Shown here piece after piece: positions 50,576 to 64,000 of a stretch of DNA of 64,000 nucleotides. Positions within the stretch are counted from its first letter, which is position 1, and each line of letters opens with the position of its first letter. The position numbers and the translations under genes are program-made. A model generated the notes under the pieces. It worked only from the letters and a program-made list of their open reading frames with translations, had not been told where the DNA came from and ran no database searches. The DNA is from Leucoraja erinacea (lineage: Eukaryota): contig NC_073400.1 of NCBI RefSeq assembly GCF_028641065.1, positions 23,560,001-23,624,000 on the forward strand. Reading direction: 5' to 3'.

Positions 50576-52374
50576 GTAGGTGCTCCCGTTCCCTGGGTGA
50601 GGGACATTCAACTCTGGGTGCTCCTTGGAGCTGAACATACAAACAAAAGTTAATATTATTCTCATGGAGACTTCCTTGCCCGGATACCCCAGTGACACAA
50701 GTGGTGGGTGTGCAAGAGATATCATAACTTTAGATATCCGAGGCAGCGATCTGTAATTACAAGAGAAAATTCTTCCAACACGTGTTAACTCTTTGTGGGT
50801 CCACCCAAGATCAGTCCTTTGCAAGTCTTCAGTTATCTTTCCTTGCTTTTGCTGCCTCCAATCTGAATGGACACTTAGACATGCTACCAGAGTGGTTTGA
50901 GGGGGTACAAAGTCATTGCCAAGGAACGGAGCTCCATCTGATGTACGAAGGACGTGCATTGACAAGTAGAAATCCAGAGTGAATGGGGGAAAAAATACGG
51001 CCTTTGGGAATTGCAAATAAAGCTGCAGATATGTAGTGCAGTGCAAACATGATATAAAATAGATGTTGGGGGAACAACTTCGGGGGCGGCACAGTGGCAC
51101 AGCAGTAGAGTTGTTGCCTTACAGCACCAGAGGCCTATGTACGTTCTCTCTGAGACCGCATGGGTTTTCTATGGGTGCTCTGGTTTCCACCCACATTTGA
51201 AAGATATGCAAGTTTGTAGGTTAATTGACCAGCAAAAAATGTCCCTAGTGTGTGTAGGATAGTGTTAGTGTACAGGGTGATCACTGGTTGGTGTGGACTC
51301 AGTGGGCCAAAGGGCCTGTTTCCATTCTGTGTCTCTTAAGTCTAAAAACTTTAACATACATATAAAGTACTGGAGTAACCCAGCAGGTCAGGCAGCCTCT
51401 CTGGAGAATATAGATGGCTGACTTTTCAAATCGGGCCCCTTTTTCAGACTGAAAAGGGTCTTGATGTGAAATGTCATCCTCTTAAGTTACTTCAGAATGA
51501 TATGTTTTACTTACAATTACAGCAACTACAGTTCCTTGTGTCTCAACCTAAACACACGTTGTAGGTGAAACTAATGATGACTTGATTTTTGTCTTTGTGA
51601 TATTATTTCAGAAAATGCAAAAAAAACTATGTCAAAATTGCTCTGTATTTAGGACTGTTTCGGCAAATATCTAAGGAGAAATATTGAGTTGATTAATATA
51701 TTAGGACTAAAAAGCACACTACCTATGTTTACTGTCAAGACTTAACAGTTGAGAAACTCTGATCTTCTGTATAAAATGTTATCTTCCACTATTGGATGTA
51801 CCTGTAGTACAGTACAACCTTGGTCATGGATCCAAAGGGATAACTTTGGTAGTTAACTGAAGGTAGTGATAGATTGTTGTTGTAGCAGGAAAATTAAAGT
51901 ATCGCGGGCACTTCACAAATTACCTTTTAAACAGAAATCAGCTATTGCTCAGAGTGATGGCAGTCAGTTATATTTGAGCAGAATAAGCTCCAATCCATTG
52001 CAATGTGGAGACAATACAAGTATGTGAAATATGCTATTTTTCTCCATAATTAGTTATAGAAACATAGAATGGTGCCAACATTCTTTTCAATCGCACCACA
52101 TCTACTGATGTAAAAGGACACAAAGTGCTGGAGTAACTCAGCAGGTCAGGCAACATATCACGAGAATGTGAATAGGTGCCATTTCAGTTTGGGATCTTAT
52201 CCGATCTTACCTATCCGTGTTCTCCAGAGATGCTGCCTGACCTGCTGAGATATTCCAGCGTTTTGTCTTTTTTTTGGCAAACAAGCATCTACGGTTCCTT
52301 GTTTCTACTTGCACTGATGTCTTGTCTCCTCACCCCCACACACCGTTCCCTTCTTCCACCTTCTCCCTCTCCAG

Positions 52375-52860
52375 GCACTTGGCGGTGGCTACCTTCACTG
52401 GGGTCACTTTGAGATGATGCGGCTCACCATTAACCGGCGCATGGACTCCACGACCATGTTTGCACGCTGGCGTGTGAATGCCCCATATAAACCCGTCACG
52501 CGTAAGGGACTGGGCCAGAGGATGGGCGGTGGGAAAGGGGCCATCGACCACTACGTTACTCCTGTCAAGTACGGCCGGGTTGTGGTGGAGCTTGGAGGGA
52601 GGTGTGCTCTGGAGGAGGTGGGGCCTTTCCTATCGGAAGTTGCCAAGAAACTGCCCTTTCCCGCTAAGGTCTTCAGCAAGGAGTCGCTGGAGGAGATGGT
52701 GAAGGAGGAGGAGCAGAAAGCTGCAAACAACCAGAATCCCTGGACCTTTGAAAGGATCGCATCCATGAACATGATGGGAATTCGCAAAGTGTTGAGCCCA
52801 TTTGATTTAAAACATCATGGCAAATTTACTGGGAAGTTTCGTGTTCCTAATCGTGTGTGA
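52375..52860 (+). CDS. MRPL16: MRPL16 exon 4 (total 256 aa)
   Basis: [21 protein letters not shown]…[23 protein letters not shown]…NQNPWTF; AATAAA at 52866. Confidence 0.96.
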   Translation, partial: ALGGGYLHWGHFEMMRLTINRRMDSTTMFARWRVNAPYKPVTRKGLGQRMGGGKGAIDHYVTPVKYGRVVVELGGRCALEEVGPFLSEVAKKLPFPAKVFSKESLEEMVKEEEQKAANNQNPWTFERIASMNMMGIRKVLSPFDLKHHGKFTGKFRVPNRV

Positions 52861-53383
52861 AAAATAATAAATCTGACCAAGTGTTCTTTGTATTTACCTG
52901 AATGACTGGTTCCAATAGAATATGTCATCTGTAAAAGTTAGAAACAGAATATTTGTAGCATCTGAGCAGGAGGCCTGTTGCCCAAGTGACAAGGTTTTTA
53001 TTGGAGCATTTCCTATTTTGCAGTGTTGCATTTACATTGTTATCCTTGTGCATATATTGGCCATTCAGCCCATTGGGTGTCTGTCAGCACTTGGGAAGCA
53101 AATTATGATGCTGCTGATGATGACACTTTATTGTCACTTGTACCTACCTAGGTGCAGTGAAGTATTTTGTTTTTTTGCATACAAAGTACTCAAAACAATC
53201 GCCATTAAAGCACCAACAAAGTTACAATAAGTATTCGTCCCTTCTTCGTCCCTCCCACCGGGTCCCCCTTAGTTCTTGGTGGCACGGCCCATCCACCTTG
53301 GCCTGACTCGGACCTCGGTTAGGCCCGTCTCAACCTGGAGGCTCTGTCCTGTGTGGGGGGTATGGTGGGGGGAGGAGGGTAAT

Positions 53384-53753
53384 GCCCCTGTCCCACTTAG
53401 GAAACCTGAATGGAAATCTCTGGAGACTTTGCGCCCCACCCAAGACCTTTTTTTCACCCAGTTTTATTCCACCAGGGAGGTCTTACCTTCCACTACCTAC
53501 AACCTCCGGCAACCACCTTCAACTAGCATCACAGCCGGCTTCGACTAAAAAATTACCGATTTTTAAAACGGCAACCTATTTTTAGGTGCGGCTGGTTTTG
53601 AATTTATTTAAATAATTGGATCATAGAAGAAGCTGAAACCACTTTCGACCATTAGGGAGACTGTCAAAAACCTCTGGGAACTGCACGGAAACCTTGGGTG
53701 GGGCGCAAAGTTTCCAGAGGTTTTTGTTCAGGTTTCCTAAGTGGGACGGGGGC
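53384..53753. mobile_element. PIF/Harbinger-like MITE
   Basis: ~60-bp TIRs beginning GCCCCTGTCCCACTTAGGAAACC; 3-bp AAT on both sides. Confidence 0.8.
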
Positions 53754-54149
53754 AATATATTTGGGGGGGGGGGGGGGGTAAGGGGACTGGGGACTGGGGG
53801 GAGGGGGGATGGGGAGGGAGGAGAGAAGATAAGGGGACGAGGACGAGGGGGAAAGGGAGGGGTGGAGGGAAGGGAGGGGGAAAAGGTGGGGTGGAAGGGA
53901 GGGGGAAAAGGGGGAATGTGAGGGGGAGAAGAGGGAGGGGATGGAGGGAGAGATGGAGAGGGAAGAGTTGGAGGGAGGGGTGGGGATGAGAAGAGAGGTT
54001 GGGGAGGGATGGAAGGTGGGGGATCAGGGAAGGGAGGGGGTGAGGGGTTGGGGAGGGATGGAAGGTGGGGGATCAGGGAAGGGAGGGATGGAAGGTGGGG
54101 GATTGGGGAAGGGAGGGGGTGGTGAGTTGGGGATGGAGGGAGCTGCTCA

Positions 54150-54444
54150 TTCCTATGGCATGGAACGGCCTTCAGGGGGCTCTGCTCTTGGCGTTAGCCT
54201 GCGCAGCTTCGGGACGTGATACCCAACGTCATCACGCTGGGCCAGACGCCGGAAGAGATCGGCATGGGACCCGGAAGTGGCCGGTCTGGACTGGCTGGGG
54301 GGAGGGGGGGTTGTTGCAGTGAAGCTGTTCGCCGGCCCTGAGCAGCGGGACGGGCCGCGACCGGACAAGACAGGACGGGGCAGGACGGCAAGGCAAGGCC
54401 TGCTGGCGGCAAGCGACTCATGCAAGCACTCAGGCGACACTCGG
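54150..54444 (+). promoter_or_regulatory. ADIPOR1: ADIPOR1 CpG-island promoter and probable non-coding exon 1
   Basis: CRE half-site ACGTCA, two CCGGAAG ETS sites, and donor CGG|GTAAGA at 54445. Confidence 0.6.
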
Positions 54445-55099
54445 GTAAGACGGAATCCCACCGGGAGGGCAATCCAAGAGGCAGAGGCTCCACAAAGAGA
54501 GGGTCAGATCCGATCGAAGAGTGAAAATCCCAAAACAACTGCAGTTGCTGCAAATGTGAAGCGAAGGCTGCGGATGTTGGAAACACCCAGCAGGCCGGGC
54601 AGCAATTGTGGAGTGAGAAACATCGAACGTGTCAGCTCGAAAACCCTTCCCAGCCATTGACTCTCGTTTCTCCTTTCACAGATGCTGCCTGATCTGCCGA
54701 GTGTTTCCTGGATAGATCAGAGAGGGGGGGAGGGGATCAGAGAGAGAGAGATCACTGAATAAAGGGCAACCTATACATAGATTTCCAGAAGGCATTTGAT
54801 GATGGTGATTTGCAGAAAGTCAATGCTCACTTGGTGTTGAAGGTATCGTTATTGGCACGGGTAGAAGAATGTGCGGGTAAAAGGAAGCAAAGAGTATGCA
54901 TGAATGTGTCTTTTCAGGTTGGCAAAAAACGTTGTGTCAATGATTTGATGTTGGCATCAAAGCCTCATTTCCCAACAGGCCATGGAGCTGAGAAGAAGGA
55001 AGTGCAAAATATTTTTAAAGCAGTCATTACGATAAAAGATTGTCAGCTTCATAGTAAAAGAGAGTCAGGTTTAAGAGGAGCGGCTGTCATGAGAGAGGC

Positions 55100-55485
55100 T
55101 ATAGAAACATATAAACATAGAAAATAGATGCAGGAGTAGGCCATTCGAGCCTGCACCGCCATTCAATATGATCATGGCTGATTATCCAACTCAGTATCCT
55201 GTACCTGCCTTCTCTCCATACCCCCTGATCCCATTAGCCACAAGGGCCACATCTAACTCCCTCTTAAATATAGTCAATATTTTGTAAGTTTCTATAAGAT
55301 CCCCCCTCAATCTTCTAAATTCTAGCGAGTACAAGCCGAGTCTATCCAGTCTTTCTTCATATGAAAGTCCTGACATCCCAGGAATCAGTCTGGTGAACCT
55401 TCTCTGTACTCCCTCTATGGCAAGAATGTATTTCCTCAGATTTGGAGACCAAAACTGTACACAATACTCCAGGTGTGGTCTCAGG
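55100..55485 (-). mobile_element. CR1 LINE 3' fragment with an internal deletion
   Basis: RPHLEYCVQFWSP…YSLEFRRLRGDLIETYKIL. Confidence 0.85.
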
Positions 55486-58198
55486 CAACTGTACAACTGT
55501 ATGTTTGAGTTCTGTTTGAGTAGTAAGTGCTGAGGTATTGACATGTGAGGCCTCAGCAAGGAGATTGAGGAGAGGCATAGGTAAGAACAGACAAAGTATT
55601 TTAACTGTACTCGTCAGACTTTGTGTTGTTGGACAGAGGTATACATCCAGTGTCCTTGGTGACAGCACCTGTGGGGAATGTGCACAGCTGCTGCTCCTGA
55701 CTGACTGCGTCAGGGAACTGGACAGATGCACTCAGGATCATCTGGGCTGCTGAGATCATCGTTAATAGCCCTGGGGGGCTGTAGAACAGAGGCACCAAGG
55801 AGTGCATAGTTCCCTGAAAATACCTTTAGAGGTAGACAGGGTAGTGAAAAAGGTGTTTGACACGCTGGCCTTCATCAAACAGGACAATGAGTATAGAAGT
55901 TGGGATGTTATGTTGTAATTTTACCTGACATTAGTGATGCCACGCAGGAAGTGTTGGGCCAAAGAGTTTGATTTTCTGCTGCGTGACCTTTGACTTCCTG
56001 GTGACGTCATGTTGTGAAGAAGACGAGATACTGTGGGTGGACAAAGATTTGGCAAATGGAATATTAAGAGAGTCAATTTAATTGTCTCAATATTATGAGA
56101 GAATATTGCACCATTTTTTCATTTTGGGGGGCAAAATCGAAAATGAAAAGTTTTTTAAAATCTAAATAGTGACTGGTTGTAGCAATCTGAGCTTTTTTCC
56201 CAGAATGGAAAAATCAAATACTAGAGGGCATCGTTTTAAGGTGAGAGAGGCAAAGTTTAAGGGTGGTGTGCGGGGCAATTTTGTTTTCACACAGGGTTGT
56301 GGTGAGTGCCTGGAACGTGCTGCCAGGGTGGGTGGTGATTGCGGCAAATACGATAGTGACTCGAGAGAGTGCTCCTTGACATACGAAGAGACTTTTGGAA
56401 AGGTGTATGGATATGGAGGGAAATAGACAATAGGTGCAGAACGAGGCTATTCGGCCCTTTGAGCCAGCACCGCCATTCCAGAACACTGATGCAATCATAA
56501 AGAAAGCACATCAGCGCCTCTACTTCCTGAGAAGATTACGGAGAGTCGGTATCTCGAACTTCTACAGGTGCACAGTAGAGAGCATGCTGACCGGTTGCAT
56601 CGTGGCTTGGTTCGGCTGCAAAAAGTTGTAAACACTGCCCAGTCCATCATCGGCTCTGACCTCCCTACCATCGAGGGGATCTATCGCAGTCGCTGCTTCA
56701 AAAAGGCGGCCAGCATCATCAAGGACCCACCCCATCCTGGCCACACACTCATCTCTCCGCTGCCATCAGGTAGAGGGTACAGGAGCCTAAAATCTGCAAC
56801 ATTTGGGTTCAGGAACAGCTGCTTCCCCACAGCCATCAGACTATTAAATACAACTTCAAACAAACTCTGAACTATAACAGCCTATTGCACTATGTGTGTG
56901 TGTGTGTATTCCATAGTATATGGACACACTGATCTGATCTGTATTTATGCCTACAATATTCTGTTGTGCTGCATCAAGCAAGAATTTAATTGTCCTATCT
57001 GGGACACATGACAATAAACTCACTTGACTTGATCATGGCCAAAGCTCCGCTATAAGATCTTTGATCATGGCTGATTGTAGATTGGCTATTGCATGCTAGG
57101 TAATTAGAGTGTTTGTTATTAGTAGTCCCGCCCATGCAATGCAATCGCCAATCTACACTAATCATCCACAATCAGTACCCCTTTCCTGCTTTTCCCCCTA
57201 TATCCTTGACTCCACTATCTTTCAGAGCTCTATCTAACTCTCACTTGAACGCATCCAGAGGATCGGCCTCCACTGCTTTCTGAGGCAGAGAATTCCACAG
57301 TTTACAACTTTCTGGGTGAATACGTTTTTCCTCATCTCCGTTCTAAATAGTCTACCCCTTATTCTTAAACTGTAGCCCCTGGTCCTGGACTGAAATGGAT
57401 ATGTGCAAGTAGGTAAGAGTTGTTCGTGGTATCATATTTGGCACAGGCATTGTGGGTCGAAGGGCCTATTCTTCAGCTGTATTGTTTGATGTTCTATGAG
57501 TTAGAAAGGGATCTATATCGTATCCGATTATATGATTTGTTAGTCCTGGACTCGTGCAGCACAGAAACGGGTCTTTCAGCCCGATTCATTATTTAAGGAA
57601 GGGCACTAATGCATTGGTAACAGTTCTGAGAAGCTTTACTAGAGTAATACCAAAATGGATAGGTTGACTAATGTGAAAATGCAGAGACATGCTTACGTAT
57701 GCCGATGTTTGCAAAAGTGAGAGGGGACTTGATTTATACGTAGGGGCCTTAACGGAGTGGATATCCAGATATGTTTCTCTTGTGTGCAAATATGGAACTA
57801 GAACAATAGACCATTGTGGGCTCCACCATTCCTTGATCATTGTTGCTTTTTGCATATCTTTCATTCATTTGTTCTATGTACCGTCTATATCTCTCGCTTC
57901 CCTTTCTCCTCACTCTCAGTAATATGAAGGGCTTCGACCCGAAACATTATCTATTCATTCTCTCCAGAGATGCTGCCTGACCTGCTGAGTTACTCCAGTT
58001 TTTTGTGGCTACACTTGGTATGTGCAGCTCAATAGAGGGTTGGGATGCCATGGTTCGATTGAGGTGAAGGCTAGTTTTTAAATGACTTGTGAATGCATTG
58101 ATTGTGAGAATGTGCGGGAGTGACCTGTGTGTCGGGGCCTTGTCCTCATTTCCCTCGTTCTAGCCTTCGCCAGGCAGAAGGCTGGCAGTGCAGCATCC

Positions 58199-58330
58199 AT
58201 GTCTGCCCAGAGATCACCCAGTGAAGGGAGCGGCGCGTCTAACAACAGCGGCGACCAGAGGAGCAATGTCGAACTAACTGAACTGCTGGACGAGAAACCC
58301 AAGCCGCAGGCTGGTGGGAACTCTGGGGAC
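58199..58330 (+). CDS. ADIPOR1: Adiponectin receptor 1, first coding exon
   Basis: MSAQRS…VELTELLDEK resembles the ADIPOR1 N-terminus; GTAAGT donor, phase 0. Confidence 0.85.
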
Positions 58331-60165
58331 GTAAGTGCTTGTGGCCGAAGGGTGGGGCGTTGTTGGGGCAGCCAGTGGGGAGTAGGGTGCAGGCAAGACA
58401 GATAATTCAAGCACATAGTCTTAATCTTTGGACGTTTCTATTCTGCAAGCTTGAAATTAGATAAACTTATAATTATCATTGCAAGGTTAATATTAGACTC
58501 CATCTTAGAACTCCTTGCTGGTATAATTAGAAGTTGTAATTATAATAGATCTTCTTTGAGGTTGGTATGTTCAATGGTTCTTTATTATCACGTGTACCAA
58601 AGTACAGTGAAATTATTTTTTCGCATTCAGATCAGTGTGACTATTGCCATACATAGGTACAATCCCCGATTAAGTACAGAATACATAGAAACAGCCCACT
58701 GAATCCATATGCAAGAGTCGTCAGGTTTTGACACAATTTTCAAAGCCCCAGCTGCAGATAGCTATAAAGGTCCATTTCAGCCATCGTTTCCATCTGATTC
58801 ATCCCGTGAACTGATATCCCTTTCCTCGCGTGGCCAACATTAGTCTTTGTGCCCCAGGGGCCCTTCCACAGCCGACCTTGGGGGCACTGAAGGCAAGGCG
58901 CCAGGATCTCCTTACCGGCCTTTGTTCCATTGTCCGCCACTGTCGCTATCTCCCTCCACCATGTCTCCAGTTCCCGGTCTTCAGGGATGAGTAGGAGATG
59001 AGCCTGGGACGAGGCTCCCTATCCAGGTGGGTTCCTGGTTCTGCGGAGGGCGAGCAAAGCCTGTTGCTGGGGTACGGCCCCCGGCTTGTCAGAAGTTAAT
59101 GTGTCGGGGAGGAGGACACTTTCATCATTGGCAGCAGCTGTGATGTGTTGGTGAAATAATAGACTAGTCATTTCCGTATTTATTCCACCTTGTAAGACGG
59201 GGATCAAAAACAAATTCCCTTCCAGTTATTAGGTCCCCAAACGTAAATTTTCCTCCCCATTACAGAAGTATTAGATGAGCAGGAAAAGATCATGTGTATT
59301 ATTTAAGACAGGTTGACTTCAGAACCAGGAATTGTTATTCAATCAGGATAGCTTATCTGCTGCAAGTGGTTTTGTGCTGTTGCAGTTAGGTGAGCAAATT
59401 TGATCTTGCAATGTTGTTCAGTTCCACTGGGATCAGCTGGAATCACTGCCCATGAGATCAGTTTTAGCTTCAGAGAACTTCACAATGTGCACTGAGTCAT
59501 GAAACCAGATACAACGCATTTGTTCAGTCCTACTAGTTTAGCCATCTTGGGGTTTCCAGAGTTCTGCCATTGCCCACCATTAGCCCAGACTTGAGACTTG
59601 GGCACAACAGAGGTCTGAAACTCCGGTGCAATGCTGCTTCAATGAGATGTTAAGGGAAGGCCTGCTCTGCTCTGATGTGGAGTAACAAATATCTCATGAT
59701 GCAGGGCGGCATAGTGGCACAGCAGATAAAGCTGCTGTCTCACAGCAACAGAGGCCTGGGTTCAATCCTGACCTCAGGTGCTGTCTGTGGGGAGTATGCA
59801 CGTTCTCCCTGTGACTGCACGGATTTCCTCTGGGTGCTCCACTTTATGCCCACCTCCCAAAGATGCGCGGGTTTGTAGGTAAATTGGCTTCAGTAAATTG
59901 CCCCTCGGGTGTAGGGAATTGGAAACAGCAGCTCTACTTCTGCATCACTGTGCCGCCCAGTTTTTTTGCATAAAGGATAATCCCTCGGGGATCTCGTTGG
60001 AGGGGTGTGACAACCAAATCTGTGAATCCCTGAGGGCCAGAGGTAAAAGCAGAGGGAAGAGGCCAGATGGGGAGCTGGGTTTGACTGGGAATGCTCGGGT
60101 AGATTCACTTGCTAAATATTACTGTGCAGCTGAACCCACTGTCTAACACTGCTGTTACTTTGTAG

Positions 60166-60291
60166 GGAATGGAACTAAAGACGGACTCTGGCACACAAAA
60201 TGAGGAAGAAGAGGAAGAGGATGTGCGAGTACTGACCCTCCCACTCCAGGCTCATCATGCAATGGAGAAGATGGAAGAGTTTGTGTACAAG
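60166..60291 (+). CDS. ADIPOR1: ADIPOR1 coding exon 2
   Basis: EEEEEDVRVLTLPLQAHHAMEKMEEFVYK, diagnostic for ADIPOR1. Confidence 0.95.
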
Positions 60292-61489
60292 GTACTGCCC
60301 GTAACACAGCCGCCATGTATGTAAGAAATAGAAAGCAGGCCATGGATTATTCAGCCTGTGCCTGACTCTCTGAAGTCCACTCTCTTATCTCATCTCCACT
60401 TCCCATAATTTTATTGGGTTCAGCTTGCATTTCTTCTGATCTGCATCTGAAAATATATTGATCTCTGCCTTGAATGACTGAGTCCCTGGTCCTCTGGGGA
60501 AGAGAGTTCCAAAGATTTGCAACGGTCTATTCAAAGCTGTTTCTCCTAATCTTAGCCTTTAATAGTTTAGTTTATTGTCACGTGTACCCAGGTTCAGTGA
60601 AAAGCTTTTTGTTTTGTGCTCTTCAGTCAGTGGAAATACTATACATGATTATAATCGTCCACAGTGTACAGGATACAAGGAATAATATTTAGGGCAAGAT
60701 AAAGTCCAATTAAAGATAGTCCAAAGGTCTCTCGGTTAGTACTGCTCTTTAGTTGTGAATAGGATTGTTTAGTTGCCTGATAACAGCTGGGAAGAAACTG
60801 TCCCTGAATCTGGAGCTATGAGTTTTCACACTTCTGCACCTCTTGCCTGATGGGAGAGGGGAGAAGAGCGAGTGACTGAGGTGAGACTCGTCATTGATCA
60901 TGCTGGTGACCTTGTCGAGGCAGCGTGGTGTAGATGGAGTCAATGGAAGGAAGGTTGATTGGTTTGGGCTGTGTCCACAATCCTCTGCAATTTCTTGTAG
61001 TCTTGGATGGAGCCGTTCCTACAGCGTCCACTCTATCAATCCCTCCAAGAATCATGGATGTTTTGCTGAGATTGCATCATGCTTCTACACTCACACAGGC
61101 CTTCGTCAATCCTATTCATCATTTCCTGTGCGGAAATACTCTTCAAAAAAGAATTGTGCGTTGATCCATTGAAACTGTGCAGAACCTCTCCTGATCTGGG
61201 TTCGCATGCCAAATTATACGCACCATTCTGTGCTCAAGATTCCGCAGTACTTCTTTAGTCTTGATTGGAGTCATAACTCGCACAAGGGAAATTTGGTGTG
61301 GTTGCTGAAGTTCAGTCATTCAACCTCCAAGTCCATCATCTTCCACGGCATCATTAATGTCCTTTCTTCCATCAAAAGATCAGAAGTGGGATTATTTAGT
61401 GATGGTTACACTCTTCAATTCCATTGGCACAATTGTTTCTATCAAAGAAGACATTGTGAGATTAAGATGAATGTTATTGTGTGATTCAG

Positions 61490-61661
61490 GTTTGGGAGGG
61501 CCGTTGGCGAGTCATTCCCTACGATGTGCTCCCAGACTGGCTGAAGGACAATGACTATCTCCTTTATGGACACAGGCCACCCATGCCCTCTTTTCGAGCT
61601 TGCTTCAAGAGCATCTTCAGAATCCACACGGAGACCGGTAATATCTGGACACATCTGGTGG
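61490..61661 (+). CDS. ADIPOR1: ADIPOR1 coding exon 3
   Basis: VWEGRWRVIPYDVLPDWLKDND…IHTETGNIWTHL; 172 nt. Confidence 0.96.
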
Positions 61662-62699
61662 GTAAGCAAAGAATGAATTCACAAGTCTGATTCACAGCTT
61701 CTTAGCCTCTCGTTATATCGTTAAAAACTTATGGTCCTGTTGTTGTAATATACAGAGACGCCTCTTCTGTTTCCTCTAGCTGTGAGCCACAGCTAGTTCC
61801 CTTTGGTTATGAGATTGTCGCAATGAATCCAATTTTTAAAAGGAGTATCTTCACTCTTGTAGGATTAACTGAGTCATAAAGTGCACCATGCACTGACCGG
61901 AAGCTGAGACAGCCCAATGGAGGGAGAATGAGGGAGGGAGACATGGAGGATAAGCGAGGAGGGAGAGGCAGATGGGCAGCCTGTGGAGGGTGAAGAATGA
62001 TGAGGCAAAGGATGATCTGTCATAGACCATAGATCAATACAGCGCAGGAACAGGCCTTTTGGCCCACGGCACTTGTGCCGAACATGATGCCAAGATTAAT
62101 TAAACTCATCTGCCTGCACCTGATCCATATCCCTCCATTCCCTGCATATCCATGTGCCAATCTATAAACCTCTTAAATGCTACCTATCTACCCCCACCAC
62201 CATCTCTGGCAGTGTGTTCCAGAAACCTTGCCCCACACATCTTCTTTAAACCTTGTCCCCCCCCCCCCCCCCCCCCCCAACTTTCATCCAGATACCTGGA
62301 AAATATTAAATCTGGGGTGAATTACGGTTAGTATGGTCAACAACTTGGTTTAGTTTATTATTGTCACGTGCACCGAGGTGCAGTGAAAATCTTTTGTTTG
62401 CGTGCTAAGCAGTCAAGAAAAGACTATACATGAATAAAATTGAGCCGTCCACAGTGGGAGGATAAAGGTTGCATCATTTAGTGCCAGATAAAGTGCGATA
62501 ATAGATAGTTCAGAGGGCTCCAAAGACATAGATGGGAGATCAGGACCACACTACAGCTGATTGGTCGTCTTGCTTTATATTCACATTTTTGCCCAGAGCA
62601 ATGTAATACTTTATGAATAATTTAGTTTTAGCCTGATAGAGTTCTCTGCCTCTGGTGCGCATGTTGGTGAATACTTCACTAACTGAAGCTTTTTCACAG

Positions 62700-62886
62700 G
62701 TTTTGTCTTTTTCCTGGGTCTGGGAATCCTGACTCTTCTGAGGCCCAACATATACTTCATGGCCCCTCTGCAGGAGAAGGTAGTCTTTGGGATGTTCTTC
62801 CTGGGCGCGGTGCTCTGCCTCAGTTTCTCCTGGCTCTTCCACACGGTGTACTGCCACTCCGAGAAAGTCTCCAGGACCTTTTCCAA
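62700..62886 (+). CDS. ADIPOR1: ADIPOR1 coding exon 4; the gene continues beyond the window
   Basis: GFVFFLGLGILTLLRPNIYFMAPLQEKVVFGMFFLGAVLCLSFSWLFHTVYCHSEKVSRTFSK; 187 nt. Confidence 0.96.
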
Positions 62887-64000
62887 GTAAGTACAGAGGA
62901 CGCAGATCTGACATATCGGAGCGAGTGAATAAGTAACACTGACTCTCTCAGTCAAATGTGGGAGGCGTTGGTGTGTTTGGGAGAAGAAAATGTGGTTTTG
63001 TTGAGGATTGAGGGCATAGTTGCTAGAATATAAAGTTGCAATTACTTGCTAGTGCTCATAAATGATACACCATAGAAACAGGCCCTTCAGCCCACCAAGT
63101 CCACACCAGTGTGATGCTTAGTTAAACTGATCTCATCTGCCTGCACCTGATCCATGCTCTGCCATTCCCTGCAAATCTATGTGCCCAACTATACATCTCT
63201 TAAATCCCACTATCGACCTCCACCACCACCACCACTCCTGGCAGTGTGTTCTAGGCACCTGCCACACACTGTTAGAAAAGGAAACTTGCCCCACACATCT
63301 CCTTTACCACTAATCCCACTTTTTATTTGCTCCATTTTCCCATCAATTCTCCCAGAGCTGTACCCCTCACCTACACATAGGTGCCATCTAACATATAAAT
63401 TCACATGTCTTTGGGAGGAAATGGGAGCATCCAGGAGAAATCCATGGGGTTACAGGGCCACCACAGACCCCACAGGGACAGAGCTCAGGATTGAACCTGT
63501 GTCACTGGAGCTGCTCTACCAGCTGCAGCAGTGTGGGATCAGAGATGTGAGAGTTGGATTTGCATTCCTCTTGCCTTAGCGATACATTGTGCAGTGCCAT
63601 CAGCTGTGATTCATCACTGGTGGGGAACTACAGGCTGATATGTTCTGTCATTTTGTTGTATGTGTTTACTGATCTGGATTGGAACCCAATTCAGGAACAG
63701 CGCAGTTTTAAACATTTCCTCCTTGCTTTCCAAACCTTCTTTCCACTGCTGCAAAATTGTTCTCTCGCTCACTCTGTCTCATTTCCTTTTCTTTTTTTTC
63801 TCTCCTTTAATTATCCTTAAAACCCCCATTTTTGACCAAGCCCCCCTGATAAACACATATCATACATTCCTGTCACGAATCTTGCATATCATACATTGAA
63901 GGCGCTATATAAATGAGACTTGCTATAATGTAATACCAAGGAACTGCAGATGCTGAAGTAACTCAGCGGGTCAGGAGAAAATGGATAGGTGAGCCTTTTG

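Overview
Eukaryotic, repeat-rich vertebrate genomic DNA, most likely a cartilaginous fish such as a skate or ray (inferred from V-SINE/HE1-like SINEs, CR1 and Penelope-derived repeats). Genes reconstructed by reading splice sites: (1) the first two coding exons of an ETV6/ETV7 (TEL-family) ETS factor on the minus strand, probably ETV7, with a GAS/IRF-like promoter element; (2) two tandem two-exon class I SAM-dependent methyltransferase paralogs on the plus strand that share a near-identical ~336-bp tract inside otherwise diverged genes; (3) an unrecognised, multi-exon, ~147-aa candidate BH3-only (Bcl-2 family) gene on the minus strand, carrying a decayed internal duplication; (4) complete MRPL16; (5) the 5' half of ADIPOR1. 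Mobile DNA includes a full-length but broken Tc1 transposon, a nested pair of TATA-flanked foldback elements, a Harbinger-like MITE, LINE and Penelope fragments, and many palindromic repeats with hammerhead-ribozyme-like cores. All gene models are hand-derived and have no transcript support. Most ORFs in the supplied track are repeat or low-complexity artefacts.
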